Below are positions 10,675 to 18,904 of a stretch of 59,185 bases of DNA, in pieces. Origin of the DNA: a virus (taxonomy: Duplodnaviria; Caudoviricetes); IMG/VR virus record IMGVR_UViG_3300005805_000099, positions 1 through 59,185 of that record; one strand, 5' to 3'. The notes under the pieces are model-generated. The model had not been told where the DNA came from. It ran no database searches and worked only from the letters and a program-made list of their open reading frames with translations. The translations under genes and the position numbers were made by a program. The stretch's first letter is position 1; every line of letters begins with the position of its first letter.

Positions 10675-10710
10675 TAAATTTTTAGAGTTTAAGTTGTATA
10701 TTATAATGTA
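10675..10710 (+). promoter_or_regulatory. Palindromic box plus late-promoter-like motif
   Basis: TAAATTTTTAGAGTTTA (10675-10691) followed by GTATATTATAATGTA (10696-10710). Confidence 0.6.
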
Positions 10711-10736
10711 GATACTTCATTAAAAACCAATAGTAT

Positions 10737-12005
10737 ATGCCAAGTAACGAACCAACAAACGTACAGACATCTGTACAGGAAGTAGATGTAGATATTGATA
10801 GCTGGTTAGGAGCCCCTGGAGCAGACAGTATAATCACAGGAGCCCCCAAAGCTGAGGAAGCAAAACCTTCTATCTTTAGTTCTAAAAGTAAAGATCTTGA
10901 CTTTTTAGATGAAATAGATGAGGAGTCAGATGATGAGGATGATGAGAAAGCAAAACCAGATCCTGCTAAAGGAGCACAACAAATTCTGGATGAGCTGGAT
11001 AAAGACCTGATTCCTGACGGAGATGACGATGAACCAGGAAAGAAAGTGGGTCGACCTAGGACAGAAAAGTCTGGACTAGTAGAGTTCTTAAAGAAAAGAA
11101 TAGAAGCAAATGAGATGTTTGCTTTTGATGACTACGATGAAACTAAACAGTCTTTAGATGACTATTTAGGTGGTCTTAGTGAAAAAGATGTAGAAGAGCT
11201 TTGGTCAGCCAACATTAACAACCTCAAACAAGAGGTGGCTTCCAAAACTCCAAGTCAGTTCTTTGAAAGTCTGCCGGAAGAATTACAATATGCTGCAAAG
11301 TATGTAATGGACGGTGGACAAGATTTGAAAGGTTTATTCCAAGCTTTGGCTGCTACGGAGGAAATCCGTGAGCTAGATCCCACTGACCAGAGTGACCAAG
11401 AGTATATAGTGAGATCCTATCTTCAAGCCACCAACTTTGGTAGCCCTGAAGAGATTGAGGAAGAAGTTAATACTTGGAGGGAAATCGGGGCATTGGAAAA
11501 GAAAGCTAAGCAGTTTAAGCCCAAGCTTGATGTAATGCAGGAAGAAGTAGTGAAGTATCAGGTTGCTCAACAAGAGCAAATGAAAGCTCAACAGGAACAT
11601 GCTGCTGAAGCTTATATGCAGAATGTTTTTGAAGCTCTTCGTCCAGCTGAAATCAATGGTCTAAAGCTTGACAAAAAAACCCAGGCTCAGTTATATAGTG
11701 GATTGGTTAACCCCCAGTATCCATCTATATCAGGAAAGCCTACAAATCTCTTAGGACATCTTCTTGAAAAATATCAGTTTGTAGAACCTAACTACTCTCT
11801 GATAGCAGAAGCTCTTTGGTTGTTATCAGATCCTGAAAACTACCGTTCAGCTCTTTCTAAGAAAGGAAAGAATGCTGCTGTTGAACAAACGGTACGTCAG
11901 TTAAAGACTGAACAAGCTAAAAAGAATCAGTCAACTTACTATGATGATGATGAACAACAGAAGCCAAGAAAGATATCAAGACCTCAAAATATTTTTAAAA
12001 GATAA
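10737..12005 (+). CDS. Putative capsid scaffolding protein (crAss gene-77-like)
   Basis: Highly acidic N-terminus, coiled-coil body, located between portal and MCP. Confidence 0.65.
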   Translation: MPSNEPTNVQTSVQEVDVDIDSWLGAPGADSIITGAPKAEEAKPSIFSSKSKDLDFLDEIDEESDDEDDEKAKPDPAKGAQQILDELDKDLIPDGDDDEPGKKVGRPRTEKSGLVEFLKKRIEANEMFAFDDYDETKQSLDDYLGGLSEKDVEELWSANINNLKQEVASKTPSQFFESLPEELQYAAKYVMDGGQDLKGLFQALAATEEIRELDPTDQSDQEYIVRSYLQATNFGSPEEIEEEVNTWREIGALEKKAKQFKPKLDVMQEEVVKYQVAQQEQMKAQQEHAAEAYMQNVFEALRPAEINGLKLDKKTQAQLYSGLVNPQYPSISGKPTNLLGHLLEKYQFVEPNYSLIAEALWLLSDPENYRSALSKKGKNAAVEQTVRQLKTEQAKKNQSTYYDDDEQQKPRKISRPQNIFKR

Positions 12006-12016
12006 TTTATTAATTG

Positions 12017-12043
12017 TTAACCCTTAAATTTTAAAGCCCTATG
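12017..12043 (+). repeat. Leader repeat shared with the 17242 gene
   Basis: TTAACCCTTAAATTTTAAAGCCCTATG, versus TTAACCCTTAAATTTTAAGCCCTATG at 17219-17244. Confidence 0.8.
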
Positions 12044-13648
12044 GCAACCCCAGTTTTAAACAATGGTATATTCCTGCGTGACAACCAGTACCATACTAGT
12101 TCACATGTGGATTCGTACCACCTATCTAATCTCCTGAAGTCAGCTGAACCCACAGATTTGGGTCCTGTTGATCTTTGGGCTATGGCACAAAAGGTAGAAA
12201 TGCCTTTGTACCAGATGTCTAGCTTTGGTGGTAAGAACGTGATCATGGTAGACAATGCACGTGGTGAATACAAATGGCAGATTCCTGTAGCACAGGATCT
12301 CCCCTACATCGTGGAAGACATTGATGAAGCTAACCAAACTAAAGGTGTGGATGGTCAAACCTTCCAGATTAAGCTTAACAAGCGTGCCTTTGGTCATGGT
12401 GACATCATCACTTATGACAAGTACAATGGACTTGAGATGTACATCACAGCTGCTGACATCGTTCCAGTTGGTGATAGCTTCATCTACACAGTTCAGCTTG
12501 TAAACAATGACAACAACGCATACTTGGATAACAAGTATCTGACTGTTGGAACTAAGATTTTCCGTAAAGGTTCTGCCCGTGGAGAATACGGTGAAAGGTT
12601 CTCTGATCTTGGATCAGTGAGTGCCGGTTTCCGTGAGTTCTACAACTACGTTGGTGGAGCTGAAGCTCACGTACACTACAGCATTTCTAGTCGTGCAGAC
12701 TTGATGTTGAAAGGTGGTATGAAAGCTGACGGAACTGTTCCTGTAGTTGAGTTGTGGAGAAGCTTTGACAAAGGTTTGGACCCTGCTATCACTAACCTGG
12801 AGCAAATGGGTAAAGACTACATCAAGCGTGCCTATGATTCTGGTCAATTGACCCGTTCATTCTTGACTACTTTGGAAGCAGCTCACCTGACCAAGATTGC
12901 TAATGACATTGAAACCTACCTCATGTGGGGACAGGGTGGACGTATCAAGCAGGACGGTCCAGATGATTTGCGTCTGTCTGTAGGTTTGTGGAAGCAGTTG
13001 GATAACTCTTACAAGAGGATCTACAACAAGGCTTCTTTCAACCTGGATCTATTTAAATCTGAAATTTTCAACTTCTTCAACGGTCGTGTGGAGTTCAAAG
13101 GACCTGATCCTCAGCGTTCTCTGATTGTACAAACCGGTATGGGAGGTATGAGATTGATTAATGAAGCTATTAAGAAAGAAGCTGTTAACTCAGGTTTGGT
13201 TCTTAATGCTCATGAGCTTGGAGCTGTATCTGGTAAGGGTATGGATCTGAACTTTGGATTTGCCTACACTAGCTACGTTATTCCATTCTTGGCTAACGTG
13301 AAGTTTGTGTTGAATCCAGCGTTTGATAACGTACACACCAATGACATTGAAAACCCAATCATTGATGGTTTCCCTCTGTCTAGCTACAACTTCATTATCT
13401 TTGATATCACAGATAACACCAATGACAACATCTACTTGTTGAAGTTGAGCTGGGATAATCAATTGAAATGGTTCTATCAGAACGGTACTATGGATTACAT
13501 GGGACGTACACAAGGCTTCCAGTCTTCTGGAAACTTCAATGGTTACCGTGTGTTCATGACTCAAACAATGCCGGCCATCTGGGTTAAAGACCCAACCAAG
13601 GTGCTGAAGATTGTTATGAGGAACCCAATCACTGGTGGATCATTCTAA
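12041..13648 (+). CDS. Major capsid protein (HK97 fold, crAss-like)
   Basis: 535 aa; synteny; C-ending codon bias typical of highly expressed genes; LMWGQGG and GLWKQL motifs, C-terminal IWVKDPTK; followed by a terminator. Confidence 0.88.
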   Translation: MATPVLNNGIFLRDNQYHTSSHVDSYHLSNLLKSAEPTDLGPVDLWAMAQKVEMPLYQMSSFGGKNVIMVDNARGEYKWQIPVAQDLPYIVEDIDEANQTKGVDGQTFQIKLNKRAFGHGDIITYDKYNGLEMYITAADIVPVGDSFIYTVQLVNNDNNAYLDNKYLTVGTKIFRKGSARGEYGERFSDLGSVSAGFREFYNYVGGAEAHVHYSISSRADLMLKGGMKADGTVPVVELWRSFDKGLDPAITNLEQMGKDYIKRAYDSGQLTRSFLTTLEAAHLTKIANDIETYLMWGQGGRIKQDGPDDLRLSVGLWKQLDNSYKRIYNKASFNLDLFKSEIFNFFNGRVEFKGPDPQRSLIVQTGMGGMRLINEAIKKEAVNSGLVLNAHELGAVSGKGMDLNFGFAYTSYVIPFLANVKFVLNPAFDNVHTNDIENPIIDGFPLSSYNFIIFDITDNTNDNIYLLKLSWDNQLKWFYQNGTMDYMGRTQGFQSSGNFNGYRVFMTQTMPAIWVKDPTKVLKIVMRNPITGGSF

Positions 13649-13659
13649 AATGTAACAGT

Positions 13660-13700
13660 ACCCGGGTGCTTCCCGTGAGATCAGCACCTGGGTCTTTTAT
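13660..13700 (+). terminator. Rho-independent terminator after MCP
   Basis: Stem ACCCGGGTGCT / AGCACCTGGGT (one G-U pair) followed by CTTTTAT. Confidence 0.7.
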
Positions 13701-13736
13701 ATATTTTTAACCAAAAACCAATAAACCTTAAGTAAA

Positions 13737-13874
13737 ATGAAAAAGACAACGGCTAACAAGTCAATGAATCAGAAGGCTATGGGAAACAACATTGTTGTTA
13801 AGAAGCCTACTTCTAAAGAAAGTGTTACTAAGTCTAAAGCTCCAGCTTGGGCTGCTCCTTCTAAGAAGAAATAA
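13737..13874 (+). CDS. Small Lys-rich protein (45 aa; not in ORF track)
   Basis: MKKTTANKSMNQKAMGNNIVVKKPTSKESVTKSKAPAWAAPSKKK, preceded by the AAAAACCAA leader motif. Confidence 0.6.
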   Translation: MKKTTANKSMNQKAMGNNIVVKKPTSKESVTKSKAPAWAAPSKKK

Positions 13875-13880
13875 CCCCTC

Positions 13881-14004
13881 CCTTAGAATAGTATTCTAAG
13901 GCCCAACCTATAGTATGCATACCACCAAGATCAGGTGTTGAGTTTGCAGCTCAAGATAGGTTCTATAAAAGATTAATCAGGAATTCTGATTAGCGTTTAT
14001 AAAC
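13881..14004 (+). ncRNA. Putative structured cis-regulatory RNA (hairpins plus cloverleaf-like four-way junction)
   Basis: Perfect palindrome 13881-13901; closing stem AACCTAT/ATAGGTT (13905-13911/13956-13962) enclosing three small hairpins; hairpin 13974-13992; palindrome 13995-14004. Confidence 0.45.
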
Positions 14005-14019
14005 TAAAAAAACCAACAA

Positions 14020-15036
14020 ATGAGTAGTGTAACAATGGTGGAGAAGTATCCACAGAACAAGAAGTCAACTATTGCAATTCGTCCCTACTTTGATCCCCAC
14101 ATTGATAACATGGGGTTACAGAAATACGGATTGAGTTTGTTTGACGGAGCTTTTCATGAAGAACAGCTGGCTTGTTTAGAAATCAACGGTATTAAAAGAT
14201 ACCTCACTGGTTTAAATGAGTTTGCTCCGGAAGTTAAAGAACTTCCTTTAGAAGAGCAGGAAGCTAAGGTGACTGAGATTAGACGAGTTGTTTCCTATTT
14301 GGAAAAAGCTCTTGCAGCTAATGTAGTTGAACCGGATGATGTTCAGTTTTGGAATAAGTTAACTCTTCTTAAACCAGACAACTCAGAGTTGTGGGATAAG
14401 ATTAAGATAAGAGTGGGAAATGAACCCATTTATTTAGAGCCTGATAAAGATCCATATGATCTCATTAAGCTCTACGCAATTGAAGCCGGTGGTTTTTCTA
14501 TGATAGCTAAATCTTTGGAAGAAGCTCGTAAGAAAACTAAGGCCCCGAAGTTCTACTTAGATAAGCTGGAAGAAAGTGCTTCCACTAAAACTGAGACAAA
14601 GAAGCTTAAGAATAAAGCTCTTTCAGAACTTCAAAAGCTCTTTGATAAGAACCAGAACAAATTGTTCTATGTAGCTAAGATTTTGGATCCAAGTGGAGCT
14701 CAATACAAAAAGTCTACTCCTAATGACATTATTTATGATAATATGGATAAGTTCATTAATGGGGAACTATCTGAAAAGAACTCCAAGAAAGCCTCGGAAA
14801 GATTCGTAGATACTACTAATCTTGACATGGAAACCTTGAAGATCAGAGCTCTTGTAAAAGAAGCTAACTATTATAAGTTCATTGCTACAAAGGCAGACGG
14901 TTTTATTTATCACATGTCTAGTAGTACTATGTTAGGAAGGACAGCTACTGATGTAGCAGAATACCTGAAGAATCCTTTGAATGAAGAGATTCTTATGGAC
15001 CTGACTAAGAAGGTAGAAAAATACTGGAATCAATAA
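14020..15036 (+). CDS. Conserved crAss-like protein following MCP (gene-75-like)
   Basis: 338 aa, directly after MCP; C-terminal LGRTATDVAEYLKNPLNEEI motif. Confidence 0.6.
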   Translation: MSSVTMVEKYPQNKKSTIAIRPYFDPHIDNMGLQKYGLSLFDGAFHEEQLACLEINGIKRYLTGLNEFAPEVKELPLEEQEAKVTEIRRVVSYLEKALAANVVEPDDVQFWNKLTLLKPDNSELWDKIKIRVGNEPIYLEPDKDPYDLIKLYAIEAGGFSMIAKSLEEARKKTKAPKFYLDKLEESASTKTETKKLKNKALSELQKLFDKNQNKLFYVAKILDPSGAQYKKSTPNDIIYDNMDKFINGELSEKNSKKASERFVDTTNLDMETLKIRALVKEANYYKFIATKADGFIYHMSSSTMLGRTATDVAEYLKNPLNEEILMDLTKKVEKYWNQ

Positions 15037-15048
15037 ACACTTAGTAAT

Positions 15049-15228
15049 ATGGCAAAGTCAAAAAGTAAAGTGAATGAAGCCGGAAACTATACAAAGCCCG
15101 GTATGAGAAAATCTTTATTTGAAAAGATTAAAGCTGGTGGAAAGGGTGGAGACCCTGGAGAATGGTCAGCTAGAAAAGCTCAGATGTTAGCTAGAGAGTA
15201 TAAATCAAAAGGAGGAGGGTACAAATAA
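15049..15228 (+). CDS. Small basic protein (59 aa; not in ORF track), DUF5872-like N-terminal half
   Basis: MAKSKSKVNEAGNYTKPGMRKSLFEKIKAGGKGGDPGEWSARKAQMLAREYKSKGGGYK; TAATG coupling to the next gene. Confidence 0.7.
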   Translation: MAKSKSKVNEAGNYTKPGMRKSLFEKIKAGGKGGDPGEWSARKAQMLAREYKSKGGGYK

Positions 15229-15497
15229 TGGGACTATCTAAATCTCAAAAAAGCTTGAAGGACTGGAGTTCTCAAAACTGGATGACCTCTGGTACACATG
15301 CCAATAAAAAGAAAGGGTCATCTAAAGAGGTTCCATCTAAAGGTTCTAAAAGATATCTTCCTGAAGCCGCTTGGTCATCTTTGTCAGCTGGTGAAAAAGC
15401 AGCTACAAATAAAGCTAAGGCTGAAGGAAATAGTAAGGGAAAGCAGTTTGTGTCTCAACCTAAATCTATTAAACAAAAAACTAAAAATTACAGATAA
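15228..15497 (+). CDS. Small basic protein, DUF5872-like
   Basis: QKSLKDWSSQNW...RYLPEAAWSSLSAGEKAATNKAK...KQFVSQPK. Confidence 0.65.
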   Translation: MGLSKSQKSLKDWSSQNWMTSGTHANKKKGSSKEVPSKGSKRYLPEAAWSSLSAGEKAATNKAKAEGNSKGKQFVSQPKSIKQKTKNYR

Positions 15498-15498
15498 T

Positions 15499-15672
15499 AT
15501 GAAATCAAGTTCTAAAAGCCGTGGTGCTTCAACTAAACAGCCTAACACCGGTAACGGTAATAGTGACAAAGGAATCACTTACTTTATGAGTGGTAAGGAT
15601 GCTGCTAAAGCTGCTTATGCAAGAACCACATCATTTAAACCTGCTTCAAATAAAAGTTCAAAAAAGAAATAA
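15499..15672 (+). CDS. Small Lys/Ser-rich protein (57 aa)
   Basis: The likely start is the ATG at 15499, just after the previous stop; the track ORF 15298..15672 is over-extended. Confidence 0.55.
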   Translation: MKSSSKSRGASTKQPNTGNGNSDKGITYFMSGKDAAKAAYARTTSFKPASNKSSKKK

Positions 15673-15676
15673 ACCT

Positions 15677-15865
15677 ATGAAAAAAGTTTTGATTATCACT
15701 GGAATTGTTGTTCTATTAGTTTTTATTACTTCAATCTTGCATTGGGGTAAGTCAGCCTCTTCTACAGAAGTAGCCACTGCTGATACAGCTGTAGTAGATA
15801 GTGTTAAAGTTGTTGATACCACCGTAGTTGTAGATACTGCTAAGGTTGTAGATACCGTTAAGTAA
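15677..15865 (+). CDS. Small exported/membrane-anchored protein with tandem D-[ST]-[AVT] motifs (62 aa)
   Basis: MKK plus hydrophobic segment VLIITGIVVLLVFITSIL, then ADTAVVDSVKVVDTTVVVDTAKVVDTVK. Confidence 0.65.
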   Translation: MKKVLIITGIVVLLVFITSILHWGKSASSTEVATADTAVVDSVKVVDTTVVVDTAKVVDTVK

Positions 15866-15869
15866 TCCT

Positions 15870-16574
15870 ATGAATAATAACCTGTTACAACTAAAGATTA
15901 AAGAGAGGCTGAATAAGCTAGCTTCTTTAGACTATGACAACATAGAATGTTGGCAGGTGCAGGAGGCTTTTAATAAAGCCCAACTGGAATACGTAAGACG
16001 AGCTCTTCAAGGATTAAATGTTAAAAAGGAGGGGTCTGAACAATCTACAGATGCTGTAGATAATGTTCAGATCCTTCTCACCCAAGTGACCATGCCAGGG
16101 ACAGCTCAGCCTATTTACTTTCAATCAAATCCCATTCCTGGTAACTATATGAGATTTGTAAGAGTAGACATAGAAGCTTCTAAAGATTGCTGTGAGTCTG
16201 GAAGTACCATGGTGGTATATCAAGCTGAGGAAGCTAATGTTTCTGAACTTTTAAGGGATGAACATAAGAAACCTAGTTTTGTTTGGAGAGAAACATTTTG
16301 TACTTTGATTGGAGATACTGTAAGAGTTTACACAAATGGAGAGTTTACTATTGATTCTGCTTTACTTACATATTATAGGAAACCACGAGATATAGCTTTT
16401 AATGGTTGTATCAATCCTAACACAGGTGTTTTCTTTACAGCTGATATAGAGAGTGAACTAAAGGATGATGTGGTTGAAATTATTGTAGATGAAGCTGTTT
16501 CTATACTGGCTGGAGATATTGATTATGCCGGTCAATATCAAAGAACTTTACAGAATTCTGTAAGGAATTCATAA
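15870..16574 (+). CDS. Head-tail ring/adaptor protein (crAss-like)
   Basis: FNKAQ N-terminal helix, LTYYRKP strand and ELxxxxxEIIVDEAV pattern typical of P22 gp4-like ring proteins. Confidence 0.65.
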   Translation: MNNNLLQLKIKERLNKLASLDYDNIECWQVQEAFNKAQLEYVRRALQGLNVKKEGSEQSTDAVDNVQILLTQVTMPGTAQPIYFQSNPIPGNYMRFVRVDIEASKDCCESGSTMVVYQAEEANVSELLRDEHKKPSFVWRETFCTLIGDTVRVYTNGEFTIDSALLTYYRKPRDIAFNGCINPNTGVFFTADIESELKDDVVEIIVDEAVSILAGDIDYAGQYQRTLQNSVRNS

Positions 16575-16581
16575 AAAATTT

Positions 16582-16596
16582 GTATATTATATTGTA
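16582..16596 (+). promoter_or_regulatory. Late-promoter-like motif abutting the ferritin ORF start
   Basis: GTATATTATATTGTA; the final A is the A of the ATG. Confidence 0.55.
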
Positions 16597-17201
16597 TGGA
16601 GAAGATTGCTCGTTCACCAATATTGAGTTCAACAGCCGGCATGGCTACTACCTCAATGAGTGTAAAGAAGATTTCTAGCCAAGCTGAACCTTCTTTAAGC
16701 AAAAAGAACATTCTTCTTTCTGATGATTGTGTTGAGTATTTGAATTATAGAATACAGCAAGAAGAATACTCAGCTAGAATATATCTCTCTATGTCAATGT
16801 GGTTGGATGACCACGGGTATGTTAACGGAGCTAAGCTTTGGAAAAAGTACTCAGATGAGGAGATGATACATGCTAATGATGCTAGAACTTATTTGTTAGC
16901 AATGGGGGTACAGCCAATTACACCTGTACTAGAGGAACCCACTCAAGTGTTTAGTGGACTTCCTGAAATCATTAGACAGTCTTATCAGCATGAAATTGAA
17001 GTGACTATGCAGATAAAAGATTTAGCTAGTGAAACAATGACCAAAGGTGATCATATGCTGTATCAATTAGCTTTAGCTTATTTGAAAGAGCAGGTGGAAG
17101 AACATGGTAAGATGCAAAACTGGATGGATCAGTTGGAATCTTTTGGAGAAGATAGGATAGCTATGAGACTTCTTGATCACGAAATGAAAGACTATTTATA
17201 A
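16596..17201 (+). CDS. ftnA: Non-heme ferritin
   Basis: Ferroxidase-centre pattern: QQEEYSARIYLSMS, DEEMIHA, HEIEVT, EQVEEH; N-terminal low-complexity extension. Confidence 0.85.
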   Translation: MEKIARSPILSSTAGMATTSMSVKKISSQAEPSLSKKNILLSDDCVEYLNYRIQQEEYSARIYLSMSMWLDDHGYVNGAKLWKKYSDEEMIHANDARTYLLAMGVQPITPVLEEPTQVFSGLPEIIRQSYQHEIEVTMQIKDLASETMTKGDHMLYQLALAYLKEQVEEHGKMQNWMDQLESFGEDRIAMRLLDHEMKDYL

Positions 17202-17241
17202 ACTTATTTATTTATTTTTTAACCCTTAAATTTTAAGCCCT

Positions 17242-18780
17242 ATGTATTTCAATCATGCGTACCGGAAAGCTTTCCTGGGTGTAGAGAACCAAGCTGGTGA
17301 TCTAACCGTAGCTACTACTGGTACAACAGCAGCCCTTACTGCTGGTCAACTTGGTCTTTTTGATGCAAAGACCTATGGTGTTTATACACCAAGTAACAAG
17401 CCTTTTATCATTGCCCAAGGTTCTTGGTATAAGAGCCCAGGTTATAGTGATAAAATCGGACCCTATCATGGTGGTTACCAAGAGTCTGTAAAGACTAAAG
17501 TGATTAACCCTAAGTATGTTACACGTGTATTTACTACATGTGCTACTCCGGCAATTAATCAGGTGATCTCTATTGGTTGGGATTTAGCTGATGGTGATGG
17601 ATTCCTTTTTGAGTGCGGCATGACTTACCGTCTCCGTATTGACCTAAAAGGTTCTCCTGCCCTCCGTTTCTTGTCTCACAATGTGTACAACACAGTAGAC
17701 TCCTATTCTGGATGTTGCACTGACGAATGTACAGCTACATGTACAGGAGATCCTGTAGATGCTGCTTGTGTTCTCTTGGGATGGAAAGATCAAATCTATC
17801 GTAATCCTTGGATGACTCAGTTCATTCTGCCTCAGGTTTACATTCAGAACGGAGCTGGTGATGCTGAAGAAGTTTATTCTGCAGCTGACGTAGAAGCTGG
17901 TAGAAATACTGCTTCTTTTACAGCCGATACTACCAATACAAATGACACACTTACTGTAACAGCAATGGGTACAGGAAGTTTTCCAATTGCTATTGGTATG
18001 GTGGTAACAGGTGCTGGTATCCCTGGTGGTACTACAATTGCTTCTTTTGGAACAGGTGAAGGTGGTGTAGGTACTTACACTTTGAGTGCTAATGCTACAG
18101 CCACTGCTACAGGTGTTTCTATGACTGCTGAAAAAGCAGTTTACACTTGTGAAACTGTTAATCCTGAAGATGTTGTAGCTGGTTTGAAACTGAGTGTTGC
18201 TTATCAGGACACTAAGTTTGGAATGTGTACATTCACTCCTACAGATCATTATGAGCTTGAGCCTTTGCTGATCTTTACATCTATCACTGATGAGTCTGGT
18301 GATCCTTGTTCAATCAAGCCAATTGCTAATAGCTCTACTGGTGAGTTTGTAACAGAAATCCAAGCTCCTGCTCAAACTCAGGGATCTGGTGAAACTGTTA
18401 TCCGTGATTTGATTCTTGATGCACGTTATCGTCAAGAGGCTTATCCTGACAGCATGAATGTTAATCATCTGAGGATGAGGGAAATTGAGTCTAACCCTGT
18501 GCTTTTGGGTAACAGTGGTCAGACAATTCGTACCTCTCTGTATGATTCAATTAACATCTTGCACAGTGTTCCCCGTTTCAACAACCCAACTGGAACCTTT
18601 GATAATGATCAGTATCTGATTACTATCTACGTTCCTACTGGTACAGATTGTGTAGACTTTTTGGATGATATCCAGACTGCTCTCAACTGTGCTGGAAATG
18701 GAATTACAGTTGAAAGCTGGGATGCTGGTAGAAGTTGTGCTACAATGGTACCAACCGTTGCTCCAGATGTCTGCATCTAA
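17242..18780 (+). CDS. Abundant virion structural protein, probable auxiliary capsid protein
   Basis: Shares its leader with MCP and is followed by a strong terminator. Synteny matches the crAss-like auxiliary capsid gene. Contains an inserted beta-rich domain (IGMVVTGAGIPGGTTI...YTLSANATAT). Confidence 0.6.
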   Translation: MYFNHAYRKAFLGVENQAGDLTVATTGTTAALTAGQLGLFDAKTYGVYTPSNKPFIIAQGSWYKSPGYSDKIGPYHGGYQESVKTKVINPKYVTRVFTTCATPAINQVISIGWDLADGDGFLFECGMTYRLRIDLKGSPALRFLSHNVYNTVDSYSGCCTDECTATCTGDPVDAACVLLGWKDQIYRNPWMTQFILPQVYIQNGAGDAEEVYSAADVEAGRNTASFTADTTNTNDTLTVTAMGTGSFPIAIGMVVTGAGIPGGTTIASFGTGEGGVGTYTLSANATATATGVSMTAEKAVYTCETVNPEDVVAGLKLSVAYQDTKFGMCTFTPTDHYELEPLLIFTSITDESGDPCSIKPIANSSTGEFVTEIQAPAQTQGSGETVIRDLILDARYRQEAYPDSMNVNHLRMREIESNPVLLGNSGQTIRTSLYDSINILHSVPRFNNPTGTFDNDQYLITIYVPTGTDCVDFLDDIQTALNCAGNGITVESWDAGRSCATMVPTVAPDVCI

Positions 18781-18805
18781 TAACTGATTTCCTATGAAAA
18801 TAATT

Positions 18806-18841
18806 AGGGTGGGAACTAAGGTTCCTGCCCTTTTATTTTTT
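18806..18841 (+). terminator. Rho-independent terminator
   Basis: AGGGTGGGAAC-TAAG-GTTCCTGCCCT followed by a T-tract. Confidence 0.8.
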
Positions 18842-18861
18842 GGGGAAATGGTCAAATTTTT

Positions 18862-18876
18862 GTATATTAATATTGA
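18862..18876 (+). promoter_or_regulatory. Late-promoter-like motif
   Basis: TTTT-GTATATTAATATTGA directly after the terminator. Confidence 0.5.
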
Positions 18877-18904
18877 GAAGTCTCATCCTTTTAAATAGAC
18901 ACAA

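Noticed and set aside
5391-13648. Introns or inteins in TerL, portal or MCP
   Set aside because: The ORFs are continuous and of ordinary size, with no intein or homing-endonuclease motifs seen.
13905-13962. Canonical tRNA gene (possible GAT anticodon)
   Set aside because: Too short, with no D-loop GG, no TTC in the T-loop, no U33 and no CCA; kept only as a tRNA-like structure.
15298-15865. Track ORFs 15298..15672 and 15590..15865 at full length
   Set aside because: Their 5' parts overlap upstream genes; starts at 15499 and 15677 fit the operon packing and protein features better.
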